From Bacteroidales bacterium (GTDB taxonomy: Bacteria > Bacteroidota > Bacteroidia > Bacteroidales > B18-G4): a stretch of 64,000 nt of DNA. Below the pieces are notes generated by a model, which was not told the origin of the DNA, made no database searches, and worked only from the letters and a program-made list of their open reading frames with translations. The DNA is taken from assembly GCA_018401355.1 (NCBI GenBank), contig JAGYLD010000005.1, positions 1,892 to 65,891 of the forward strand. The letters are read 5' to 3'. Below are positions 30,700 through 38,858 of this stretch, one piece after another. A program made the translations under genes and the position numbers. Within the stretch, counting starts at the first letter, position 1. The number at the start of each line of letters is the position of its first letter.

Positions 30700-30955
30700 T
30701 GCGCAAAATTTAGAAATATTGGGCAAAGTTATAAGTTTTATTTCTGAAAGAAATAATTAAATTAACAAAAAATTAATATTAGTATCATCTAATACCTTTA
30801 ATGAAGATGCTTTACCCTATCCTGTTCTTTAATTTAAAATAGCTCTAAATTAAAATCTTCTTCTTGATTTTTAGACATTCTAAAGAATATACAACATATT
30901 TTGCATCGATAGGATAAGTAAAGATTAAATCATTAACATTAAAAATCATTTCGTC

Positions 30956-31118
30956 ATGGCTTACAAATCACAGATGATTGCACAGCATGTGGCACATGTA
31001 TCGATGAATGCCCGGTAGAAGCTATCTCTGAAGGACATTTATGTAATTGATCCTGATATCTGCACAGACTGCGGTTCTGTGCCGATGTGTTCCTGTTGAC
31101 GCTATTGAACCAGCTTAA
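30956..31118 (+). pseudogene. clostridial-type 2x[4Fe-4S] ferredoxin gene broken by at least four frameshifts
   Basis: Stitching three frames gives MAYK / ITDDCTACGTCIDECPVEAISEG / DIYVIDPDICTDCGS / CADV / CPVDAIEPA*, that is two CxxCxxCxxxCP motifs. As written, the ATG frame stops after 20 codons. Confidence 0.75.
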
Positions 31119-31151
31119 CATATTTAACCTTGCTGGTTATTAAAATAATCA

Positions 31152-31180
31152 AAAAGTCCGCCTGAAAAGCGGACTTTTAT
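31152..31180 (+). terminator. intrinsic terminator downstream of the ferredoxin remnant
   Basis: AAAAGTCCGC-ctgaaaa-GCGGACTTTTATTT. Perfect stem followed by a T-tract. Confidence 0.7.
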
Positions 31181-31220
31181 TTGTTCCATATTGAACAATT
31201 CCCACCCTTAATTTAATTTA

Positions 31221-31228
31221 TACTTTTG
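31221..31228 (+). promoter_or_regulatory. candidate -7 promoter box (TAnnTTTG) upstream of sucA
   Basis: tacttttg matches TAnnTTTG exactly. It ends 2 nt before the ATG at 31231 and 28 nt before the out-of-frame ATG at 31257. Confidence 0.35.
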
Positions 31229-31230
31229 TA

Positions 31231-34110
31231 ATGCAATTTTCTGGTATAAAAACAATATGGATAAATTTTTCATTTCTAAATAATACTGAGCCAGCAATAA
31301 TTGAAAGCTATTATCAGGATTATTTAAAAGATCCATCTTCAGTTGATGAAAGTTGGAGATCTTTTTTTGAGGGATTTGAATTTGCACGGAAGGATTATTC
31401 CGATCCAGTAAGTTCAGACACCCTGGTGCCGGACGAATTTAAAGTGATAAACCTTATCAATGGTTACCGCCAAAGGGGTCATTTATTCACAAAAACCAAT
31501 CCGGTTAGAACACGCCGGAAATATTCCCCAACGCTTGATCTGGGAAATTATGATTTATCAGATGCTGACCTTGACAAAACTTTCCAGGCAGGTGATGAGA
31601 TCGGTTTGGGGCCTTCAACACTAAGGGATATTATTGATCACCTGCAACAAACATATTGCCAATCGGTAGGGGCGGAATTCAGATATATACGACAGCCGGA
31701 AATTGCTGGCTGGCTTCAGCAAAAAATGGAATCCTCCAGGAATACACCCACATTTTCTTCAAAGACAAAGAAACAGATCCTGCAAAAAATTAGTGAAGGA
31801 GTATTGTTCGAAAAATTCATCCATAAACGGTTCCCCGGACAAAAGCGTTTTTCTCTTGAGGGTGCAGAGTCACTAATTCCTGCTCTGAATGCCATTATAG
31901 AGACAGGATCGGAGCTGGGCATCAAAGAATTTATTATTGGAATGGCCCACAGAGGGCGACTAAATGTTCTTGCCAATATCCTGGGAAAACCTTACAAGCA
32001 AATATTTCATGAATTTGAAGGAAGTGCTTATGACGATGAATCTCTTCTCGGAGATGTAAAATACCACCTTGGCTATACCTCTGATACAAAGACATTATCC
32101 GGGAAACAACTCCGTCTCACCCTTTCACCCAACCCCAGTCACCTCGAAGCCGTAGATCCTGTTGTAGAAGGCATCTCCAGAGCCAAAACAGACTCATCTT
32201 ACAAAGGAGATTACAAAAAACTTGCTCCCATTCTCATCCATGGTGATGCATCCATTGCAGGACAGGGAGTTGTTTATGAATTGCTCCAAATGTCGGAACT
32301 TCCCGGTTATAAAACAGGAGGCACCATCCATGTGGTAATCAACAACCAGATTGGGTTTACCACAAACTATCTTGAAGCACGGTCAAGCACTTACTGCACG
32401 GATGTTGCAAAAACAACCCTGTCTCCTGTATTCCATGTAAACGGAGATGATCCGGAAGCAGTTGTTTATACCATCCAACTGGCCATGGAATTCAGGCAAA
32501 AATTCCACAAAGATGTCTTTATTGATTTACTCTGCTACAGGAAATACGGCCATAATGAAGGTGATGAACCAAGATTCACGCAACCCATTCTATACAAGAT
32601 CATTTCAAATCATCCAAACCCACTCGAGTTATACAAACAAAAACTCATTGAAGAAGGCGCAATCACTAAAACAGATGCCGAAGATGTTCAAAAATCTATT
32701 AATGCAACACTGGAAAAAAGTTACACAGCGTCTAAAGAGATAAACAAAGCACACATCAAGTCGTTTCTGGATGATATCTGGAAAGACATTCAAAAAGCAT
32801 CTGGCGGAGACTTTGAATTAATAAGCAATACAGCCATTAACGAAAAAACTTTATCACATCTTGCCAGGATAATAACAAAAACTCCGTCTGATGTTAAAAT
32901 ATTCAGAAAATTACAAAGACTTCAGGATGAGCGCTGGAAGCGTTTCAACGAACAAGGAAAGCTTGATTGGGCCATGGCTGAGTTGGTCGCATACGGAAGT
33001 CTGTTAAATGAAGGTGTAAATGTCAGGGTCAGCGGACAGGATTCCGTCAGGGGTACATTCTCCCACCGGCATGCAGTGCTCAAGATTGAAGACTCCGAAA
33101 AAGAACTTATCCCTTTAAACAATTTGAGTAAGAACCAGGCAAGGTTTGAAATATACAATTCTCCACTTTCGGAATATGCAGTCCTCGGATTTGAATATGG
33201 TTATTCCCTTGCATCACCCTACACCCTGACAATTTGGGAGGCACAATTTGGCGATTTCTTTAACGGTGGTCAGATCATTATTGATCAATTTCTTAGCAGT
33301 GCAGAAGATAAATGGAATGTGATGAACGACCTTGTTTTATTTTTACCTCACGGTTACGAAGGGCAAGGACCGGAACATTCAAGCGGAAGGATTGAAAGGT
33401 TTCTGAATTTATGTGCAGAGAACAACATCCAGGTTGTCAATTGTACAACGCCTGCCAATTTTTTCCATGTTCTGAGAAGGCAGTTAAAACGCTCTTTCAG
33501 GAAGCCCCTGATCATTTTCACTCCAAAAAGCCTTTTGCGGCACCCCAGGTGTTTGTCCCATAAAAGTGACTTTACTGAAGGTTCATTCCAGGTAATAATA
33601 GATGATCCAACGGCCAGGCCGGATAAAATAAATCGTATCCTGTTATGCTCAGGAAAATTATATTATGAGCTTCTTGAGGAAAAAGAAGGCATTGAGAGAG
33701 AAGACACAGCCATCATTCGTATAGAGCAATTGTATCCCTTTCCTGAAAAACAAATACAAGAATTAAAGAAAAAATACACTAATTCCCCGGAATGGCTGTG
33801 GGTACAGGAAGAACCCATCAATATGGGTGCATGGCCATTTATTAGTTCTAATCATAGCGACCTGAACTTAACTGTTGTAGCAAGGCCTGCCAGTGGAAGT
33901 ACAGCAACAGGATCCAGCGAGTTTCATAAGATCCGGCAAAGAAAAATCATTGAAAAAGCATTTGGGGAATGTAATTGTCCGAAGGTGAAAGAAGTTTGCA
34001 AAATGATATGTATTGGAAACCGCTGGAAGTCATTTGAAAAGGAATTAGAGAAATCAAAAGACAATAAAATAGAAACATCATCAGTTTCTGCCGTTAAACA
34101 GCTCAAATAA
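31231..34110 (+). CDS. sucA: 2-oxoglutarate dehydrogenase E1 component
   Basis: 959 aa. ...[11 protein letters not shown], the TPP-binding region and C-terminal domains are intact. The start codon is uncertain (see findings). Confidence 0.9.
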   Translation: MQFSGIKTIWINFSFLNNTEPAIIESYYQDYLKDPSSVDESWRSFFEGFEFARKDYSDPVSSDTLVPDEFKVINLINGYRQRGHLFTKTNPVRTRRKYSPTLDLGNYDLSDADLDKTFQAGDEIGLGPSTLRDIIDHLQQTYCQSVGAEFRYIRQPEIAGWLQQKMESSRNTPTFSSKTKKQILQKISEGVLFEKFIHKRFPGQKRFSLEGAESLIPALNAIIETGSELGIKEFIIGMAHRGRLNVLANILGKPYKQIFHEFEGSAYDDESLLGDVKYHLGYTSDTKTLSGKQLRLTLSPNPSHLEAVDPVVEGISRAKTDSSYKGDYKKLAPILIHGDASIAGQGVVYELLQMSELPGYKTGGTIHVVINNQIGFTTNYLEARSSTYCTDVAKTTLSPVFHVNGDDPEAVVYTIQLAMEFRQKFHKDVFIDLLCYRKYGHNEGDEPRFTQPILYKIISNHPNPLELYKQKLIEEGAITKTDAEDVQKSINATLEKSYTASKEINKAHIKSFLDDIWKDIQKASGGDFELISNTAINEKTLSHLARIITKTPSDVKIFRKLQRLQDERWKRFNEQGKLDWAMAELVAYGSLLNEGVNVRVSGQDSVRGTFSHRHAVLKIEDSEKELIPLNNLSKNQARFEIYNSPLSEYAVLGFEYGYSLASPYTLTIWEAQFGDFFNGGQIIIDQFLSSAEDKWNVMNDLVLFLPHGYEGQGPEHSSGRIERFLNLCAENNIQVVNCTTPANFFHVLRRQLKRSFRKPLIIFTPKSLLRHPRCLSHKSDFTEGSFQVIIDDPTARPDKINRILLCSGKLYYELLEEKEGIEREDTAIIRIEQLYPFPEKQIQELKKKYTNSPEWLWVQEEPINMGAWPFISSNHSDLNLTVVARPASGSTATGSSEFHKIRQRKIIEKAFGECNCPKVKEVCKMICIGNRWKSFEKELEKSKDNKIETSSVSAVKQLK

Positions 34111-34118
34111 TAATAAAA

Positions 34119-35381
34119 ATGACCTTAGAAGTAAAGGTACCAAGTCCGGGAGAATCCATTTCTGAAGTTCAACTTGCCAGCTGGCTTGTAAAGAGTGGAG
34201 ATTTTGTAGACAAAGACCAGGAGATTGCTGAAATTGACTCAGACAAAGCCACCCTGACTATCAATGCTGAAGATAATGGCATTATTAAAATCCTGGTAGA
34301 AGAAGGAAACTCAATAGAAGTAGGTAGTGTAATAGCTACCATTGAAGTTAAAGAAGAAAGAAAAAAGCCTGAGAAGGGGCCAGAGAAAGAGGAAAAAACC
34401 AAGGAAACCCCAGTTTCAACGGATCCGGGAAAAGCCAAAGAAGAAACTGAATCTAAAAATGAACCATCCACACTTAATATATCACCTGTAGCAAAAAAGT
34501 TGATGAATGAAAAACTTATCTCTGAAGAAGATTTAGTGGATTTCTTTAAACGCATCAGGTTTTCAAAAAAGGACATAGAGTTTTTCCTGGAAAAAAAGGA
34601 TAAAGGTAATTCCGGGCCAACCCTAAAAGGGACTGACATTACAGGTAAATCCAGGGGAACTGAAAGCCAGAAACTGTCAACACTCAGGCTAAAGATTGCA
34701 GAAAGGTTGGTTGGGGTAAAAAATGAAACCGCCATGTTGACCACTTTTAATGAGATCAACATGACACCGGTTATGGACATACGCAAGCGATATAAAGAAG
34801 TTTTCAAAGAAAAATATGAAGTTTCCCTGGGGTTTATGTCCTTTTTCACTAAGGCAGCAGCCGAAGCATTGCAATTATTTCCTTCTGTCAATGCCATGCT
34901 AGATGGGAAAGAAATCCTTTATCATAAATATGCTGATATAGGTATTGCTGTCAGCACTCCGAAAGGCCTGATGGTCCCTGTACTGCGAAACGCTGAAGAC
35001 ATGAGTTTTTCAGAAATTGAACTCAAGATCAAGGAACTTGCAGTAAAAGCCAGGGACAACAAGATTACATTGGATGAAATGAAAGGCGGTACTTTTACCA
35101 TAACAAATGGTGGAGTATTTGGCTCGATGTTATCCACTCCCATCATCAATCCTCCGCAAAGTGCCATCCTGGGAATGCACAATATTGTTGAAAGGCCAAT
35201 TGCTGTAGATGGGAAAGTAGAGATACACCCTGTTATGTATGTTGCATTATCTTATGACCACCGGATCATAGATGGAAAAGATTCGGTTGGGTTCCTGGTA
35301 AAAATAAAAGAAATGCTGGAAAACCCGGTTAAGATGTTATTTAGTGGCAAAGACCCTGTTCAAAACTTACTTGGATTATAA
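34119..35381 (+). CDS. sucB: dihydrolipoyllysine-residue succinyltransferase (E2 of 2-oxoglutarate dehydrogenase)
   Basis: Lipoyl domain ...EIDSDKATL..., a K/E/P-rich linker, and a catalytic domain with the SYDHRIIDG motif. Confidence 0.9.
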   Translation: MTLEVKVPSPGESISEVQLASWLVKSGDFVDKDQEIAEIDSDKATLTINAEDNGIIKILVEEGNSIEVGSVIATIEVKEERKKPEKGPEKEEKTKETPVSTDPGKAKEETESKNEPSTLNISPVAKKLMNEKLISEEDLVDFFKRIRFSKKDIEFFLEKKDKGNSGPTLKGTDITGKSRGTESQKLSTLRLKIAERLVGVKNETAMLTTFNEINMTPVMDIRKRYKEVFKEKYEVSLGFMSFFTKAAAEALQLFPSVNAMLDGKEILYHKYADIGIAVSTPKGLMVPVLRNAEDMSFSEIELKIKELAVKARDNKITLDEMKGGTFTITNGGVFGSMLSTPIINPPQSAILGMHNIVERPIAVDGKVEIHPVMYVALSYDHRIIDGKDSVGFLVKIKEMLENPVKMLFSGKDPVQNLLGL

Positions 35382-35400
35382 ACTTAGAGTTTGATTCATA

Positions 35401-37002
35401 ATGCGAAAAAACGTCGACTTTCTTGTACTTGGTTCAGGGATTGCGGGACTTAGTTATGCATTAAAGGTAGCAAAGTACGGTTCTGTAATTATTGTAACAA
35501 AGGCAAAAGCTGAAGAAACAGCGACCAAGTATGCCCAGGGAGGCATTGCTGCTGTCATGTATACTCCGGATACATATGAAAAGCATATCAGAGATACAAT
35601 AATGGCAGGAGATGATCTAAATGATAAAGAAATTGTCAGGATCACAATAACGGAATCAACCGACCGGGTAAAAGAACTTATTGAATGGGGCACCAACTTT
35701 GATAAAAAGAGATCGGGGAAATATGATTTGGCCAGAGAAGGAGGACATTCCGAGCACCGGGTTCTTCACCACAAAGACAGCACCGGCCTGGAGATAGAAA
35801 GGGCTTTATTGGACAAAACTTTAAATCACCCCAACATTGAGTTTTGGGAAAATCATTTTGGCATTGATATTCTCACACAGCACCATCTGGGAATGGAGAT
35901 AAACAGCAGAACGCCAGACATTCAATGTTATGGGGCTTATGTTCTTGATCCGAAAACAAATGAGATACATACGATCCTGGCTAAAACGACTTTAATTGCA
36001 ACAGGCGGAGCAGGAAATGTTTACAATACAACTACCAATCCGCATATTGCCACAGGTGATGGCATTGCCATGGCACACCGGGCAAAAGCTAGTGTTGAAA
36101 ACATGGAATTTATTCAGTTTCATCCAACTTCTCTTTACAATCCCAATGAAAAACCATCATTTTTGATAACGGAAGCAATGCGCGGTTTTGGAGCCATCCT
36201 GAAAACAGTCAATGGCAGGGAGTTTATGAAGAAGTATGATAAGCGAGGCTCCCTTGCCCCGAGGGATATCGTTGCCCGCTCCATTGATAATGAGATGAAG
36301 CTTTCTGGTGACGAATATGTGCATCTTGACTGTACGCACCTCGACAAGAATGAGCTGATCAAACATTTCCCAAGAATATATGCAAAATGCCTCAGCATCG
36401 GGATTGACATCACAAAAGACATGATCCCCGTTGTGCCGGCGGCACATTATATTTGCGGAGGTATAAAAACAGACAAACACGGATGTACTTCCATTCATAA
36501 CCTTTATGCATCCGGCGAATGTGCTTCAACTGGTTTACATGGAGCCAACAGGCTTGCATCCAACTCATTGCTTGAATCCGCAGTATTCTCACATAGGGCA
36601 GCTATGAATGCCATTGAAAAAATAAAAGATACTAAAATCAGGCATGAAATCCCGGATTGGGATGCAGAAGGAACTGTCTTCAATGAAGAAATGATCCTGA
36701 TCACTCAATCGTTAAAAGAGTTGCAATCCCTGATGGCATCATATGTTGGCATAGTAAGATCAAACCTGCGATTGAAAAGGGCGCTGGACAGACTGGAAAC
36801 CCTTTATCGTGAAACAGAAGAGCTATATGGAAAGTCTGTTCTGACAGAAGAAATCTGTGAATTAAGAAATCTGATCAATGTTGCTTATCTTATCATTAAG
36901 ATGGCCACACAAAGGAAAGAAAGCAGGGGGTTGCATTATTCCCTGGATTATCCCAGAGATTATGAAAGTAAGGTTACAAGCTATGATCCGGATAAATATT
37001 AA
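35401..37002 (+). CDS. nadB: L-aspartate oxidase
   Basis: DFLVLGSGIAGLSYA FAD motif, YAQGGIAAV, and ESRGLHYSLDYP near the C-terminus. Confidence 0.9.
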   Translation: MRKNVDFLVLGSGIAGLSYALKVAKYGSVIIVTKAKAEETATKYAQGGIAAVMYTPDTYEKHIRDTIMAGDDLNDKEIVRITITESTDRVKELIEWGTNFDKKRSGKYDLAREGGHSEHRVLHHKDSTGLEIERALLDKTLNHPNIEFWENHFGIDILTQHHLGMEINSRTPDIQCYGAYVLDPKTNEIHTILAKTTLIATGGAGNVYNTTTNPHIATGDGIAMAHRAKASVENMEFIQFHPTSLYNPNEKPSFLITEAMRGFGAILKTVNGREFMKKYDKRGSLAPRDIVARSIDNEMKLSGDEYVHLDCTHLDKNELIKHFPRIYAKCLSIGIDITKDMIPVVPAAHYICGGIKTDKHGCTSIHNLYASGECASTGLHGANRLASNSLLESAVFSHRAAMNAIEKIKDTKIRHEIPDWDAEGTVFNEEMILITQSLKELQSLMASYVGIVRSNLRLKRALDRLETLYRETEELYGKSVLTEEICELRNLINVAYLIIKMATQRKESRGLHYSLDYPRDYESKVTSYDPDKY

Positions 37003-37004
37003 TT

Positions 37005-37517
37005 ATGGCATTAATAAAAGAAGTCAACGGTAAGGTTCCTGAACTGGGAAAAGGATGTTTCCTGGCCGACAACGCTACCATTGTTGGAGATGTTATCATG
37101 GGAGACCATTGCAGTATTTGGTTCAATGCCGTCGTCAGAGGTGATGTACATTATATCCGCATAGGCCATCATGTAAATATCCAGGATGGTGTCGTAGTCC
37201 ATTGCACTTATAAAAAAGCACCGGTCAACATTGGGAATTATGTTTCCATAGCCCATAATGCCATTGTTCATGGGTGCACCATTCACGACAATGTTCTGAT
37301 AGGTATGGGTGCCATTATCATGGATGATGCCATCATTGAAAACAATTCTATCATAGCAGCGGGAGCTCTGGTAACCAAAGGAACAAAGGTGGAATCAGGA
37401 AGTGTTTATGCCGGAGTACCCGCAAAAAAAATAAAAACGATCAATAAAGAATTATCCGAGGGAGAGATACAAAGGATTGCCAATAGCTATAACATGTACG
37501 CATCCTGGTACAAATAA
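37005..37517 (+). CDS. gamma-carbonic-anhydrase-family (left-handed beta-helix, YrdA/PaaY-like) protein
   Basis: Hexapeptide repeats. ...ATIVGDVIMGDHCSIWFNAVVRGD..., HGCTIHDNVLIGMGA. Confidence 0.85.
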   Translation: MALIKEVNGKVPELGKGCFLADNATIVGDVIMGDHCSIWFNAVVRGDVHYIRIGHHVNIQDGVVVHCTYKKAPVNIGNYVSIAHNAIVHGCTIHDNVLIGMGAIIMDDAIIENNSIIAAGALVTKGTKVESGSVYAGVPAKKIKTINKELSEGEIQRIANSYNMYASWYK

Positions 37518-37545
37518 AAAAAGGCCCCATTCAGGGGCCTGTAAT
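37516..37545 (-). terminator. intrinsic terminator for the skp-like gene (stem shared with the convergent plus-strand operon)
   Basis: GGCCCC-attca-GGGGCC. On the minus strand it is followed by T7. On the plus strand the trailing U-tract is poor. Confidence 0.6.
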
Positions 37546-37548
37546 CTC

Positions 37549-38061
37549 TTAGAGGTTCATTTTCTTTTTAACAAATGGTAAGACATTGGTACCACTTTCA
37601 TAGTAAAGTACCGTACCCATACTTATGTCAAATACATAGGTAAAACCCTGTTCCTGTGCCACTTCTTTTATCGCTCTTCTTGCTTTTTCAAAAAGCGGAT
37701 TGTATAATTCTCCCTGCTTATTTTGAAAATCCATTTCAGCTGTTTGCTGAAACTGTTGTATACGCGTTTCAAGATCAGTAATTTCCTTTTCTTTCGTCTG
37801 TTTAATGATATCTGACATGGTGGCCACATTGTCGCGGTAATTCTGCACCTTGGTTTGATATTCAGTCAGCATATTCGCTATCTGATCTTCAAGTGAAGCC
37901 TGGTATTCCATAAGCCTGGCCTCAACAGAATCCTTCTCAGGCATAAGTTCAAGCAACTCATTGGAATCAATGTATCCAATTTTTAGATTTGCTTGTCCAA
38001 AAACTACCGGAGATAATGCTATTAATGAAGCACTAATAATAATGGCAAAAATCCTTTTCAT
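37549..38061 (-). CDS. OmpH/Skp-family periplasmic chaperone
   Basis: Signal peptide, then a coiled-coil K/E/Q-rich body. ...KIGYIDSNELL... and ...GFTYVFD... are typical of OmpH. Confidence 0.85.
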   Translation of the reverse strand: MKRIFAIIISASLIALSPVVFGQANLKIGYIDSNELLELMPEKDSVEARLMEYQASLEDQIANMLTEYQTKVQNYRDNVATMSDIIKQTKEKEITDLETRIQQFQQTAEMDFQNKQGELYNPLFEKARRAIKEVAQEQGFTYVFDISMGTVLYYESGTNVLPFVKKKMNL

Positions 38062-38179
38062 GTTGATTAATTATTATTTACAATTAAAATAACCACGGCA
38101 AATTTATACAAATAATCGATTGAACACAAAAATTCAATCAATTTGATGGCAACAAACAAGAATTATCTGACCATTTGAT

Positions 38180-38806
38180 TTACTGATCTTTCAACTTATT
38201 GATCATTTTATTTACCCCCTGGCTATTATCCCTGGTCTCGCCTGAAGTAGTAACGGATTGCGAAGGCTTTACCCTGTCTTCCCTTCTGACTGTTTGCATC
38301 ACACTGCTGACCTCATCAAGGATGTCATCGCTGATATCATAACGGTCTTTGGCATATAATATTGATAAGCTTCCTGCTTTATCAAATACAAATGAATAAT
38401 TGTTTACCTCAGCAACGGTCTCAATGGCATTATATATTTTTTCCTGAATGGGTTGAACCAATTCCTGGCGCTTTTTAAACAAGTCACCATCTCTGCCAAA
38501 CCTTTGTTTTTGTAATTCTTTTGCTTCTTTCTCCTTTTGGATGATTTCATCCTCTCTCTGCTTTTTCATATCCTCGGGCAAGAGAACGGCTTCCGCCTGA
38601 TAAGCCTTGTAAAGCTTATCAACCTCTGCAAACTTTTCTTCAATTTCCCGTTGCCATTTTACAGCAAATTCATCCAGGATATCCTGGGCGTCTGAATACT
38701 CCGGAATATTGGCCAGAATATATTCACTATCAACATAGGCATATTTCTGAGCAAACAAAGTTGCTCCTGTGAGCAGCGCAAGTATTAATACAACTGTCTT
38801 TTTCAT
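38180..38806 (-). CDS. OmpH/Skp-family periplasmic chaperone (second copy)
   Basis: Start taken at the internal ATG 38806 (MKKTVVLILALLTGATLFAQKYAYVDSEYIL). ...YSFVFDKAG... Confidence 0.85.
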   Translation of the reverse strand: MKKTVVLILALLTGATLFAQKYAYVDSEYILANIPEYSDAQDILDEFAVKWQREIEEKFAEVDKLYKAYQAEAVLLPEDMKKQREDEIIQKEKEAKELQKQRFGRDGDLFKKRQELVQPIQEKIYNAIETVAEVNNYSFVFDKAGSLSILYAKDRYDISDDILDEVSSVMQTVRREDRVKPSQSVTTSGETRDNSQGVNKMINKLKDQ

Positions 38807-38858
38807 ATTTGAAAGATTAAAGATTCTAAAAAATGTAAAAGCAAAAAGCCTGCCAGTT

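Noticed and set aside
30700-30730. A -7-like box (TAAATTTTG) 4 nt upstream of the korA ATG, suggesting a leaderless korA
   Set aside because: The motif does not fit TAnnTTTG without an extra base. The only upstream TTTG is 11 nt away, which is the wrong spacing.
31257-31283. Programmed +1 ribosomal frameshift at AAA-TTT-T in sucA as the primary explanation
   Set aside because: tRNA-Phe could re-pair on the T5 run. However, there is no adjacent stop or rare codon or other stimulatory element at the slip site, so an indel or homopolymer error is more parsimonious. It is kept only as an alternative within the sucA finding.
34169-34897. 242-aa antisense ORF inside sucB
   Set aside because: It is the mirror image of the K/E/P-rich E2 linker and flanking regions. 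Its product is S/L/F-rich with no domain features, while the sense strand encodes a complete, well-conserved SucB.
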